Of a DNA stretch of 64,000 bases, positions 44,857-54,642 are shown piece by piece (the first letter of the stretch is position 1; each line of letters begins with the position of its first letter). Made by a program: the position numbers and the translations under genes. The stretch lies in the IMG/VR virus record IMGVR_UViG_3300037130_000236. One strand, given 5' to 3'. Under the pieces are notes generated by a model. That model ran no database searches. It had not been told where the DNA came from and saw only the letters and a program-made list of their open reading frames with translations. This DNA comes from a virus.

Positions 44857-45068
44857 CGTGGAGGCACTTTGTCCGAATCTGAGCGAGATCCATCGAGATC
44901 GAGGATATGGACATACCGTTTGGTGTCGATGAAGCGACGATTGCCTGCGCCAGGAACATCAAAAGTTCCCTCGACTCGGATCGTTCCATCGTTCACATAG
45001 AGGACGCCCTTGACGAAAGCTCGGCACTCGGCGTCGGTGTTGAACTCGAAATACTTGTTTGCTGCCAT
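44823..45068 (-). CDS. Small hypothetical protein
   Basis: GGAG RBS before MAANKYFEF. Confidence 0.55.
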   Translation of the reverse strand: MAANKYFEFNTDAECRAFVKGVLYVNDGTIRVEGTFDVPGAGNRRFIDTKRYVHILDLDGSRSDSDKVPPRWRNRSKIEQD

Positions 45069-45078
45069 AGGTCTCCGG

Positions 45079-45118
45079 CAGAACAGGCGGGTCTGCAGTC
45101 TACAGACCCGCCGTTCTG
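45079..45118. promoter_or_regulatory. Long hairpin directly upstream of an RBS
   Basis: CAGAAC-A-GGCGGGTCTG / CAGACCCGCC-GTTCTG, 16 bp with one bulge. Confidence 0.45.
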
Positions 45119-45352
45119 AAGATCTCTCATTACCTTGTTGGGGCGGCATTTTAACCCACAGCTCCGCCGGTGGGCGCTGACCAATCCTGGAGACTAGCGC
45201 GGCCCTTTGCCGTGAACGGCGTTGTGGCAATGCAGCACGGTCGTGCTACTGGTTGCCGGGTTGTTGGTTCGCTAACAGTTGCTGCCAACAAGACCAAAGC
45301 GAAGAACCGCAGCCAGAAGAGCATGTTCCTCCTGCAGGTTTCGCAAACGTGA

Positions 45353-45610
45353 TTAGTTCGTGCCGAGAGCGATCGACACTTCGTACAAAGTGTCGCCTGC
45401 CCTGTTCAGCACCTGGCGGCCCACTTCATGCTGCTGTTCGTCAGTAGCATTAGGGTCAAAGGTTTCCCGCAGCTCCGCAACGATGAACTTGGCCAACGTA
45501 TCGCCGGCGATGGGAGTTGTGGGCTCTCCGGTTTTGTCGTCGAAATACTCGGAGAGATAGTTGTCCGGGTAGGCCGAATTGGCCTTGTTAAGCAGTTCGA
45601 CTAACTGCAT
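45353..45610 (-). CDS. Hypothetical protein
   Basis: GGAG RBS; GDTLAKFIVAELRETFD motif. Confidence 0.65.
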   Translation of the reverse strand: MQLVELLNKANSAYPDNYLSEYFDDKTGEPTTPIAGDTLAKFIVAELRETFDPNATDEQQHEVGRQVLNRAGDTLYEVSIALGTN

Positions 45611-45664
45611 GTTCCAGCTCCTTCAGTTCCCTGATTCTTTGGGGAGTAAACCAGTGGTCGAGAT

Positions 45665-47178
45665 CATTGCTGTCCAAAATAGCAGGAAGCTCTTCACGCT
45701 TGCCTGACGCGCAAAGTGGGCTGATCCCCGTTACTCTGGAGTGGGTTCCTGAGCAGAACCACAGCCAAAGAGAGAAGGATCAGCCATGACTCAAGTATGC
45801 AGTGTCTACTCGCAGCTTTTGCAACTTTTTCCACGCGGACAGTTCGCGCAGGCTGTCAAGCAGCATCAAGCCGAGTTCAACGCCAAGGGGTTCACCTGCT
45901 GGGAACAGTTCGTGGCCATGCTGTTTTGCCAGGTGGCGCATATGAACTCGCTACGCGAAGTCTGCCTGGGTCTGGCCGGATGCGAATCGCCGCTGAAGCA
46001 TCTGGGCATCAGCGCCGCGCCCAAGAAATCGACCTTAGCGTATGCCAACGCCAATCGCCCTTGGGAACTCTACCAGTCGATTTTCATGCAGTTGCTGGGA
46101 AAGTGTCAGGCCGAGACGGCGACCCGCAGTAGCCGCAAGTTCCGCTTCAAGAACAAGCTGATGAGCCTGGATGGCAGCATCATCGAGTTGTCGGCCACGA
46201 TGTTCGATTGGGCCAAGTATCGCCAGCGCAAGGGCGCCATCAAATTGCATCTGTTGTTGGACCACGACGGCTACCTGCCCTCGTTCGCGGTAGTGACGGA
46301 CGGCAAATATAGCGAACTGAAAGTGGCGCGAGGCTTGCATCTGGAAGCGGGTACGATCCTGGCCATTGATCGCGGCTACAACGATTACGTCTGGTTCGGG
46401 CAATTGACGCGGGACGGGGTCTTCTTCGTCACACGCATGAAGACCAACACGGTCTACACGACGGTCGAGGTGTGCGCGGTTCCAGAAAAGGGCAACGTGC
46501 TCAGCGACCAGATTGTCTCTCTGCCTTCCCTGGATAAGGATGGCGAGGCGCCGGTCCTGTTCCGGCGCATTGAATACTGGAACGCGGACAAGCAGGAGAT
46601 TCTGGTGTTCTTCACCAATCTTCTGCACTTGGCGGCCTCGACAGTAGCCGCGATCTATAAGGACCGTTGGCAGGTGGAACTGTTTTTTAAGGCCCTGAAG
46701 CAAACAGCAAAAGTGAAGTCGTTCCTGGGCACCAGCGCCAATGCGGTCAAGACGCAGATCTGGACGGCGCTGATCGCAATGCTGATCCTGAAGTACCTGC
46801 AGATGAAGTCCAGCTTTGGCTGGTCGCTTTCCAATCTGGCGGCCCTGCTGCGCCAGCAACTGTTCATCTTCAGGGACTTGTGGGCGTGGCTCAACAATCC
46901 GCTGGAGGGACCGCCAGCCGCACGGCAACTGGCCGAGCAGTTACCCATGCCGCTCATGTGGTAGCCACGAGTTGGACAGCAGAAGAAATGCAAGCATCCA
47001 CTTGAGCCCGTAGCACAGAACTTACACGCCGGCGAATTGGACAGCAGGATGCCGGAAACATAGAAGGTCCTCCAGCGCGAGTCATCGAAGAAACCTGACG
47101 CTATCGCCGGGAGAGGATACCTATGTCCAGTGAAATCAACCGCTCAATTCACAGAAAAAACTGTCTTGGACAAGAGTG
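45665..47178 (+). mobile_element. Complete IS4-family insertion sequence (1514 bp) with 9-bp target duplication GGTCGAGAT
   Basis: Left end CATTGCTGTCCAA, right end TTGGACAAGAGTG (10/13 inverted repeat); GGTCGAGAT at 45656-45664 and 47179-47187. Confidence 0.93.
45786..46964 (+). CDS. IS4-family DDE transposase (DUF4372 N-terminus)
   Basis: SLDGSII, KLHLLLD, IDRGYND, YKDRWQVELFFKALKQ, NAVKTQIW. Confidence 0.96.
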   Translation: MTQVCSVYSQLLQLFPRGQFAQAVKQHQAEFNAKGFTCWEQFVAMLFCQVAHMNSLREVCLGLAGCESPLKHLGISAAPKKSTLAYANANRPWELYQSIFMQLLGKCQAETATRSSRKFRFKNKLMSLDGSIIELSATMFDWAKYRQRKGAIKLHLLLDHDGYLPSFAVVTDGKYSELKVARGLHLEAGTILAIDRGYNDYVWFGQLTRDGVFFVTRMKTNTVYTTVEVCAVPEKGNVLSDQIVSLPSLDKDGEAPVLFRRIEYWNADKQEILVFFTNLLHLAASTVAAIYKDRWQVELFFKALKQTAKVKSFLGTSANAVKTQIWTALIAMLILKYLQMKSSFGWSLSNLAALLRQQLFIFRDLWAWLNNPLEGPPAARQLAEQLPMPLMW

Positions 47179-47350
47179 GGTCGAGATAGCGATCGCCGAC
47201 AGAGTTCAGATGATTCAGCCGGTACTGTTCTTCTTGAGTCAGCTTGCCTGCAATGTTCTTGTCAATCAGCAGGCCGCGTTCGTGATTGAGAATCGGCCAC
47301 TCCTCGGCTGAGACCACATGTGGTCTCTTCTGCCAGCTGCGATATTTCAT
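47179..47350 (-). pseudogene. 5' part of a small ORF interrupted by the IS4; the 3' part continues below 45655
   Basis: Removing the IS restores ...GDRYLDHWFTPQRIRELKELEHAVSRTA*. Confidence 0.65.
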
Positions 47351-47397
47351 AAGCTCCTTCAGCTCAGGGCCGTCGTCTAACGGCCCTGGCTGGTGGG

Positions 47398-47787
47398 TTA
47401 CAGTGTCTCGAGCAGCTTCTTCAGATCCTCTTCGGAAGCGCCTTCGAGCGCCTCGTCCTGTTTCCTGGCGAGAATCCCGAGAATCTTCTGCTTCTGGGCC
47501 TTCTTATTCGCGGCCTGCTCGGCCTCTTCGGCTTCGGTCTTCTTCACTGCGATAACGTGCTTGACGATCTCCAGCTTGAGCTGCAGGATCGTGTCGGCCT
47601 TGGTCGTGGTCAGCACGAAGCTCTCAGTCTCGGTTTCCCTGATCTGACGAGCAATGCCCTTGGCGATGTTGTCGAGGCTGGCGCCTCCGTTGCGAACGGT
47701 CAGCGGCAGATCAAACAAGTCCTCTACGGTGACGAGGCCCTTGGACGTATCGAACCGCAGCTTCAAACGTGCTGCTTTCTCGAACAT
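47398..47787 (-). CDS. Conserved large-phage hypothetical (coiled-coil C-terminus)
   Basis: MFEKAARLKLRFDTSKG..TVEDLFDLPL. Confidence 0.75.
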   Translation of the reverse strand: MFEKAARLKLRFDTSKGLVTVEDLFDLPLTVRNGGASLDNIAKGIARQIRETETESFVLTTTKADTILQLKLEIVKHVIAVKKTEAEEAEQAANKKAQKQKILGILARKQDEALEGASEEDLKKLLETL

Positions 47788-47812
47788 GGATTCTTTCTCC
47801 TGGGTGAATTGG

Positions 47813-49840
47813 TTAGAAGGTGATCTTGAGGGTACGGGTGAAGCTGCCCTTCACGCGGCACAATATATAGTTCCGCTGTGTGGATGAAAAGCCGATGCCG
47901 CTCAGTTGGCGATCTGACTCCTCGGTCTTCATCTTCGAGCCAACAACCTCGAACACCTTGCGATGCACGTTGAGGCTGTCGGTCAGGAACTCGTTGAAGA
48001 ACCCGCGGGCCTTGCCATCATTGAGGCAGCCGTCGAGCATGAAGAAGTAATGCTTGTTGCCGACGGTCTTCTCATCCCAGTAGTTGGGCGAGAGCATGAG
48101 AACGGACACTTTGTGGAAGGTCTGGGTTGGAATACCCCAGAGATTCTTGGCCGCCTGCGATGAAGGAAGCGACTTGACGATCTCCAATCCGCCCTTGTGG
48201 GTGTAATTGAATTCCGCCACGACCGCAGCAGTGTTGGCAGGAACAGCCTTCGGATGAGCAAACGTGCGAACGACGCCATCGAATTCGATTTCAACTTCGA
48301 ACCCAACGTCCACGGTCTCCCGCTTGTTGTAGTTGTAAACGAATAGCCTGTAAAGGCCCTCGCGCATAGTCCTACGATCGGGATATGTGATGTTCTCGAC
48401 CGCGCTTCGGCTACCGCCAGATCCCACATTCATGTCCACATCGAGTTCACCACCCGCTCTTGACCGCCGGTTGCTGAAGCAGATCTCTTCGCCATTGATT
48501 GTCGTGCGAGATGCTCCAGGCTCGATGAGATGCAGATCGAGATCGTCATAGTTGAACCAGGACAGCGAACAGCGAAGGTCGCCGTCTACGGCGCCGCCGG
48601 CACGCTTGACACGTTCCTTGATGGAATCAGCAAGTTCTCCTGCATAGGACCAGGAGAAGTTGTTCGGCCATTTGAACATGGTCTTGGCCGTCGGATCGAC
48701 GGGAGAGATCAAGCTGAGCAGGTTGCCGGCGTGACGGTTCTCGAACATCACTTCCAACGACTCTGCCTTGGGCAGCACGTTGGCAAGGAAGTCCTCGATG
48801 GACACCGTCTCGATTTTGTCCAGGTTGGGTACCTTCTCGGGAACTGCGCTGGCCAGACCGTCGAAGACATTCATGGCCTTCTTGGCCTTGCGGTCCGCGA
48901 AGAGAATGTTGTTGATGGTAATGTCTTCGATGGTGGCGTAGCGACGATCCAGAGCAGAGGTGAACCCCAGCTCCTCGATCGTGGTACGCGCCTTCTCGAT
49001 CATTCCCTTGGTGATCAGAGCAGTCGGCCGTTTGTAGTTGGTGGGTGCGACCTTCGACTCGTACGAAGCTACGGCGGCATCCATTTCCCGGCCTTCGGAC
49101 AAGTCTGTGAGCAGCGATCCGATGACGTTGCCACGTATCCTTGATACCGCAGCCGGAACAGCCTTGGCATGCAACCAGGCGAACAGATCCTGCGCTTCCA
49201 CGCTGCGCACCTTGGCGAACTCCACCTTCAGCTTGCGGAAGCTGGTCAGTTCGAAAGTGTGCTCCTCACCGCGATACAACGAGTTCTGGCTGATCAGCTC
49301 AAGAATAGTGTCGATCGATTCCAGTGTGATCTCCTTGAGACCACGGAGAAGCACATCCTTGGTACTTCGGAAGTCCGACAGTTGTGGACCGATGGCATCG
49401 CCACGGACAACACAGGTTGTTGGAAGCGTGATGAAGAAGTGCTCCCAGGCCAGAACTTCCTTTGATTCAAGTTGCTGAAGGTTCCCATCCGTCCCTGCAG
49501 TGCGTTCGGTGTGAAGGAAGATGTTGTCGATCGGAGACAACTTGACCAGGGCGGACAGCGCATCAACTACCGGCTGGTAGGGACTGCCGACACGAACATC
49601 CCAGAGGCTCACGAGCTGTCCGTCAATGATGGCGACTATACCGCCTACTGCACGGATGAAGCTCTTGCAGCACTGGCAGTCATGCTCAGTCCGCTGTTTG
49701 TAGAGTGGGTTCGAGCCCGCCGGGAAGCTGCTGAGATAGACATCCCACAGCTGATCCTTGTCGACTTGCACCCGGTATAGTTGATACCCCTTCATGACAT
49801 CGAACTGCAGGGCAACCGCCTTCTTTAAGACACTGAACAT
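47813..49840 (-). CDS. Conserved large-phage hypothetical, 675 aa, with a C-terminal YfaP/DUF2135-like domain
   Basis: HDCQCCKSFI, SLSWFNYDDLDLH, ELDVDMN, AVENI, NKHYFFML. Confidence 0.75.
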   Translation of the reverse strand: MFSVLKKAVALQFDVMKGYQLYRVQVDKDQLWDVYLSSFPAGSNPLYKQRTEHDCQCCKSFIRAVGGIVAIIDGQLVSLWDVRVGSPYQPVVDALSALVKLSPIDNIFLHTERTAGTDGNLQQLESKEVLAWEHFFITLPTTCVVRGDAIGPQLSDFRSTKDVLLRGLKEITLESIDTILELISQNSLYRGEEHTFELTSFRKLKVEFAKVRSVEAQDLFAWLHAKAVPAAVSRIRGNVIGSLLTDLSEGREMDAAVASYESKVAPTNYKRPTALITKGMIEKARTTIEELGFTSALDRRYATIEDITINNILFADRKAKKAMNVFDGLASAVPEKVPNLDKIETVSIEDFLANVLPKAESLEVMFENRHAGNLLSLISPVDPTAKTMFKWPNNFSWSYAGELADSIKERVKRAGGAVDGDLRCSLSWFNYDDLDLHLIEPGASRTTINGEEICFSNRRSRAGGELDVDMNVGSGGSRSAVENITYPDRRTMREGLYRLFVYNYNKRETVDVGFEVEIEFDGVVRTFAHPKAVPANTAAVVAEFNYTHKGGLEIVKSLPSSQAAKNLWGIPTQTFHKVSVLMLSPNYWDEKTVGNKHYFFMLDGCLNDGKARGFFNEFLTDSLNVHRKVFEVVGSKMKTEESDRQLSGIGFSSTQRNYILCRVKGSFTRTLKITF

Positions 49841-49843
49841 TGG

Positions 49844-50344
49844 CTAGGCTCTTTCCTCGAACATGCTGTCGATAATGCCGCTGTCACCGTACTCCAATTC
49901 GGTGGTCAGCTTGGCAAGCTCGCTGGCTGTGAATGGACGGAACCGCGGCGTTGCCTCAGTTCCCGCGAACGATGCGTTCTGGATTCTGCGGCCCATCAGA
50001 CTTGCTTGTCCGACCAGAACACTGGGCACGTTGACCACTCCGCCGCCGATCAGCTTGCCGTCGACGCGGAAGGTGACGTACTTGATGAAGCGATCGGCCG
50101 AGTCCGTGTGGACCCGCAGGCCCACCCGGCCGCCGGGAATCTGCTTGCAGTCGTAGTCCCGCTCCCAGCCGTTGGCAATGCCACGGCGGACACGACGAAC
50201 CCAACTCTTGGCGTCGCGCAGCAGATACATGAAATTGCGTTGATCTTCCTTTGCCGCGCTGCGAATCTTCTCAGCCACGTCTGGAGTGATCCAGTCGCGG
50301 ATCGATTCGCGGACGGCGTCTGAAATGCCTTTACCCTGGCTCAT
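49844..50344 (-). CDS. Hypothetical protein
   Basis: GGAG RBS; tiles. Confidence 0.55.
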   Translation of the reverse strand: MSQGKGISDAVRESIRDWITPDVAEKIRSAAKEDQRNFMYLLRDAKSWVRRVRRGIANGWERDYDCKQIPGGRVGLRVHTDSADRFIKYVTFRVDGKLIGGGVVNVPSVLVGQASLMGRRIQNASFAGTEATPRFRPFTASELAKLTTELEYGDSGIIDSMFEERA

Positions 50345-50461
50345 GAAGTCTCCATTTCGGCTATCTTCCGCCGATGTTGATTTTGATTGCGTCTGTGACA
50401 AATCCAAAGAAAAGGACAGCGGCCACAACGATGAAAGCTCCTAGAAATGCTTCGGGCCAGG

Positions 50462-50704
50462 TCATTGGGCTGGCCTCGTTTCCCGGTAGAGATACCCGTA
50501 AACACACGCGAAGGTGAGAACGATCAGCAACACCAGCGCCAGGAAGAACGGCATGTTCGGGAAGATGAGCAGCACTCCGAAGTGCAGTGTGATGGCTGCC
50601 CCAATGCAGCCAATCAAGCACAGGAGGTGCTTGAATGCGGTCCCATGCCGTTTGAGGTTGATCCGCGAGGGCTTCTTCCTCGCTGTGTCAATATCGATTC
50701 TCAT
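50462..50704 (-). CDS. Small membrane protein
   Basis: Two hydrophobic helices. Confidence 0.55.
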   Translation of the reverse strand: MRIDIDTARKKPSRINLKRHGTAFKHLLCLIGCIGAAITLHFGVLLIFPNMPFFLALVLLIVLTFACVYGYLYRETRPAQ

Positions 50705-51028
50705 AGCCGAATACTCCTCGCTCTCTCAGCGGGCGGCGCCTTCCAACGCCGCCCACTTTGATGTCCAGCAATTCTCTGGCAGTCGGTAAGCTCAGGACAG
50801 CTTCAGGCAATCTGTGTGTCCTGAACCTGGCATACTCGCTGTAGGTCCCAGTCGTGCTGGATCTGCCGTTTTACGGGCGTCTTGTTAAAGCCGAGTCGAA
50901 CACCGGACACCCTCGAGGACTGAGGCGTGGCGCTGGGATCATTGCCACTGCATGATGTGTTCGTTGGTGCGTCTCAAGCTGTGTCTACAGTAGGATGGAT
51001 GGGCTGCAGGCTGAATAGAGGGAAGCTC

Positions 51029-51457
51029 CTATGCGGCCTTCGCTTCAGGCACCAGCATGGTTGAGTGGCGATCGGCATCTTCCTCGCGGGCACGCTTCCA
51101 GCAATGCAGGAAGCCGCCGTCGTGGGCGCCTGTCTTCAGATCGATGGCGAAGATGCCAAAGAAGATTAGCGCCTCCAGCGCGAAGCTGGAAAATATCCCG
51201 AACACAACGCCACTGAGCACACCGACAATGGTGCGAACCCAGGGCGTCTTGATGGGCCGGGTGACCCAGACGACAAGCCACACGATCAGGAGCGCCGGCA
51301 TGAGAGCTGCAACCAGAAACAGGATGAGCAGCTCGACCGCGGACTTCATGGCAACCCACAGGAATGCCTTCCGACGGTAGCGCCTTCGGTTGCGCCAGAA
51401 TAAACAACTGCCGACAATCGCAATCGCGGCGGCCCATAACATGACGATTGGTTTCAT
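51029..51457 (-). CDS. Membrane protein
   Basis: GGAGG RBS; several hydrophobic helices. Confidence 0.6.
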   Translation of the reverse strand: MKPIVMLWAAAIAIVGSCLFWRNRRRYRRKAFLWVAMKSAVELLILFLVAALMPALLIVWLVVWVTRPIKTPWVRTIVGVLSGVVFGIFSSFALEALIFFGIFAIDLKTGAHDGGFLHCWKRAREEDADRHSTMLVPEAKAA

Positions 51458-51600
51458 AGAGCCTCCGCTGGACGCAAGGCAGCCAGCTCCGAAACTTGAC
51501 GTTTCAGACGAGCGGAGCTGACCATGCACAGGCACACGGCTGCGCCGAGTGCAAGGATGAGCGTGAAAAGGAACGCGAATGCCTTCAACGAATACCTGAG

Positions 51601-52128
51601 TTAGCTCTGCTGGTTCCAGGCATCGAACGTCAGTTTGTCTATACCGGAGGACGGTTGAATGCACTGAATCATTGGACCTTCGTGATCGCAGGATGTGCAG
51701 CGAACAAACTGATAACCGTTGCGCGTGCTGATGCCCATTCCGACGATGCTGTGACAGACGGGGCACGGCACGTAGCGATTGCGGCCGTCTGTAATGTCGA
51801 AGTGGATCTCCTGCCAGAGCTTGTCGAGCACGTCACCATGGCAGCGGTGTGCCGGCCTGCAGAAGCAGCCGAGAATATCGTCGTCTGTGAACGTCCCGTC
51901 TGTGGATAGAGCTAGCAGGATCTGCAGCCGGCGCTTGGGCTCGACATGAGCCCACTTCGGATCGCCGCGCAGCCACTCCTCGTAGGAATCAACGGCTTCG
52001 TCGACCGATCCAACCTGAACGGATGCCTTGGTATTGCCGACAGGCAGGTGGGTAAACGGATTGCCGTAGATGCTGCCGCGGCCGATGTACTTGGTGGAGT
52101 GCTCTCGCTTGCAGTGAACTACTCGCAT
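51601..52128 (-). CDS. DUF4326 domain fused to a Lar-like zinc finger
   Basis: VVHCK....YIGRGS.YGNPF, LGCFC.P...CHGDVL; C-terminal CPVC...VRCTSC..EGP. Confidence 0.8.
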   Translation of the reverse strand: MRVVHCKREHSTKYIGRGSIYGNPFTHLPVGNTKASVQVGSVDEAVDSYEEWLRGDPKWAHVEPKRRLQILLALSTDGTFTDDDILGCFCRPAHRCHGDVLDKLWQEIHFDITDGRNRYVPCPVCHSIVGMGISTRNGYQFVRCTSCDHEGPMIQCIQPSSGIDKLTFDAWNQQS

Positions 52129-52571
52129 CAGTTCCTCCGTGGCAGCAGGATCATGGGCGAAGCCATGACCATGCGTACGGTTTCTCCGCTGCTATCAGTT
52201 GGCGGCAGCGGAGCGGCTGGTGGTATCCATCCAAACTTGCGCCTGTTACGACGCAGTTCTCTGTCAGCGCCGCAGTGCTTGCACAGGTCGTGCAGCTTCG
52301 CGCACTTGTCACAGAGAACATCGGTGCAGGTGCTGCCGTAGAGCACGTCTTTGTTGCAGATGGCACAGGGCCGCGTGGTCATTGCGGCCCCGCCGATGCC
52401 TGAGCCAAGGTAGTGGCAGATAGGACAGAGCAGCAGCTTCAGGCGTGCTGCGCGATCGTAGTCGTTCTCGAGATCCTTAGCGCGCTTCAGGTAGTCACGA
52501 GCATGACTGTTGTTCATGCTGGTTTGCCACTGAACGGCGTGTCGATCCAATTTCTTGGCTGCTTGATTCAC
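52128..52571 (-). CDS. Cys-rich hypothetical protein
   Basis: CPIC, CAIC, CDKC, CKHCG. Confidence 0.65.
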   Translation of the reverse strand: MNQAAKKLDRHAVQWQTSMNNSHARDYLKRAKDLENDYDRAARLKLLLCPICHYLGSGIGGAAMTTRPCAICNKDVLYGSTCTDVLCDKCAKLHDLCKHCGADRELRRNRRKFGWIPPAAPLPPTDSSGETVRMVMASPMILLPRRN

Positions 52572-52589
52572 TTCAACTCCAGGCCGTGG

Positions 52590-52826
52590 CTATGCTGCGG
52601 CGGTTACTCCGGCTCCCGGATGTTCTTCACTGGCCTCTGGCTTGGAGCCAAAGAGATTGAACAGATAGTCACCGAGCGATTGCACGCGCCGGGCGATCTG
52701 GCTGGGTAGGGAGTGCAGGCGCTGCAGGTCACACTTCTTTTCGTCTTCCTTGCGGATGATCAGGTAGAGCCCGCCTGTGATGGCGACGATGGCAACAAAC
52801 AGCAGGAATCCAAAGATCAGCTTCAT
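52590..52826 (-). CDS. Small single-pass membrane protein
   Basis: GGAGG RBS; MKLIFGFLLFVAIVAITGGLYL. Confidence 0.6.
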   Translation of the reverse strand: MKLIFGFLLFVAIVAITGGLYLIIRKEDEKKCDLQRLHSLPSQIARRVQSLGDYLFNLFGSKPEASEEHPGAGVTAAA

Positions 52827-53010
52827 GGTGCGTCCCTCCAGGACGGGTGCTACGCGGCTTACTGCCTTTTCGCCGGCTGTCTGAATGTACGGATGAGCTC
52901 GAACGTCGTGAATCCGAAGAACACGATGACGAACAAGGACAAAACGAATTGAGCAAGACGGGTCACTCCGATGAAGGCGAGTGACAGGATTGCAAGAATT
53001 GAGAGCTTGG

Positions 53011-53634
53011 TCATGCTGCCTCTCTTTTGAGAACAGTTGAATGCAAATGGTGATGAACTCGAAGAACCCAGGCGATGAAATCGTCGCCTGATAGCGTGCT
53101 TTTGGCCTCATTGCATTTGCCACAGCACGATACGACATTGTCGGGCTCATAGCCGAGGTCATTGTTCCAGCGATCGATGCCGTTATAAACGAAAGCACCC
53201 GTGAAGGAGTTGGAAACTCCTGTGGTGAACTTCTGAGCTGGAACACAGCCACAGTAGTAGCAATCGCCGGCAAAGAGTTCGAGGCATTGGTTTTGGGACA
53301 AATTCCACAGGTAACCTCGGCTTTTAGCTTGCCGTTTGTAATGTGCGATCAGCTTGTTACGAGCCGCAATTCCCTCGCCAAGGCTGGCGGAAGGACGAGG
53401 TTTACCTCTAAGTGGGTTTCCCGACCTGTTAAGACAACCGCAGCTCTTCTTTTGTCCATTTACCAGCTGGCTTGTTGAAGCTGTGGTTGCGTTTCCACAG
53501 GAACATTTGCAATTCCAAAGCTGTTCGTTTCGCTTGTTCTTTCCGCCTTTGCAAATGACTTCCAGCTTGCCGATGAAATTGCCAACAAAGCCTTTTGTGG
53601 AAGAACGCGGTCGTCTTTTGGAGGGATAGGTCAC
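53011..53634 (-). CDS. HNH homing-endonuclease-like protein, copy 2
   Basis: WNCKCSCG...KSCGC; CYYCG, GIDRWNN..GY..DNVVSCCGKCN.AK; GTG start overlapping the upstream TAG. Confidence 0.85.
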   Translation of the reverse strand: MTYPSKRRPRSSTKGFVGNFIGKLEVICKGGKNKRNEQLWNCKCSCGNATTASTSQLVNGQKKSCGCLNRSGNPLRGKPRPSASLGEGIAARNKLIAHYKRQAKSRGYLWNLSQNQCLELFAGDCYYCGCVPAQKFTTGVSNSFTGAFVYNGIDRWNNDLGYEPDNVVSCCGKCNEAKSTLSGDDFIAWVLRVHHHLHSTVLKREAA

Positions 53635-53996
53635 TATGCGGTTCCCTTCAATACGCTCTGAGTGTGTTCTTTGTTGAGCTTCATCCGCCGGAAAGGTAGG
53701 TAGACCCAAAGCATGAGCACATTCAGCAACGTATTGCCGAGCGCAAACATGACCGAATTGGCTTCGGTGATCCCGTGAATGCCGAAGTTGATGGTCTCCA
53801 GCCCGAGCAGGCTGATGCCCTTGTTCTTGTCGATCCACTTCAGGGTTGCGTCCTTGCGTTTGGTGGTCAGCAGCTTCTGAATCCAGGGAATCTTGTCTGC
53901 CTTCAGGAAGGCGCCCCAGGCGAAGATGCCGACACCGACACCGGCCGCGACGTTGCCGGTATTAGACGGGGTCAGAATCATCCGTGTTCTCCTCAC
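53634..53996 (-). CDS. Membrane protein
   Basis: Hydrophobic N- and C-terminal segments; GAGGAG RBS. Confidence 0.6.
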   Translation of the reverse strand: MRRTRMILTPSNTGNVAAGVGVGIFAWGAFLKADKIPWIQKLLTTKRKDATLKWIDKNKGISLLGLETINFGIHGITEANSVMFALGNTLLNVLMLWVYLPFRRMKLNKEHTQSVLKGTA

Positions 53997-54357
53997 AGTG
54001 GCGAGCTTTGTACATGCAGAAGGCGTACACGGCTACGAAGAACAGCAGCAATGCGATCTTGAATCCTATAGGCACAGCTTTACCTCCGTGCAAATGGTCT
54101 GGCCTTTAGGCCAGACCCGTTTCAGGCCGAGCAGAATTGCGTATTCCATGGCTCGGGTATTCGCAAGCCAACGCAGGCCGGTGGTAATCCATCGGGCCAC
54201 GAGTGCCTGCGACTTCGTCGGTGTTCCCGCAGCTTTGCGGAGCCGCTCATCAAGGATCGGCAGACACGTCCGTGCGGGACGTCCGTAGACAAGGAGCTCT
54301 CGGGTCTTGCCCCGGTCGCGGAGCTTGCCGGCGATGAGGGCGGACCAGAATCCTGCT

Positions 54358-54633
54358 TCATACGACGGCAGGAGCCACAATAGCCAGATTGGCATGGGTT
54401 CCTTCCTGATGATGCCGGTTGAGATACGCTTGAATCTCTGCCAGGACCGCATGTTCCTCGGCCATGGTTGCAATTCGCATTTCATCGAAGTTGTAGAGAC
54501 GCACGGTGCCGTGCTTCAGGCAGGTGGTTGTTGTCACCACCTGTCCATGAAAGTTCTCGTGGGCGCGAGTAGTGGGCCAACTCCAATGGTCTCCTGTGCA
54601 CGAGCACTTGGGCCTGCGATGAAATCCGAACAC
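54358..54633 (-). CDS. Small hypothetical protein
   Basis: GGAG RBS. Confidence 0.45.
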   Translation of the reverse strand: MFGFHRRPKCSCTGDHWSWPTTRAHENFHGQVVTTTTCLKHGTVRLYNFDEMRIATMAEEHAVLAEIQAYLNRHHQEGTHANLAIVAPAVV

Positions 54634-54642
54634 GTTCAGCTC

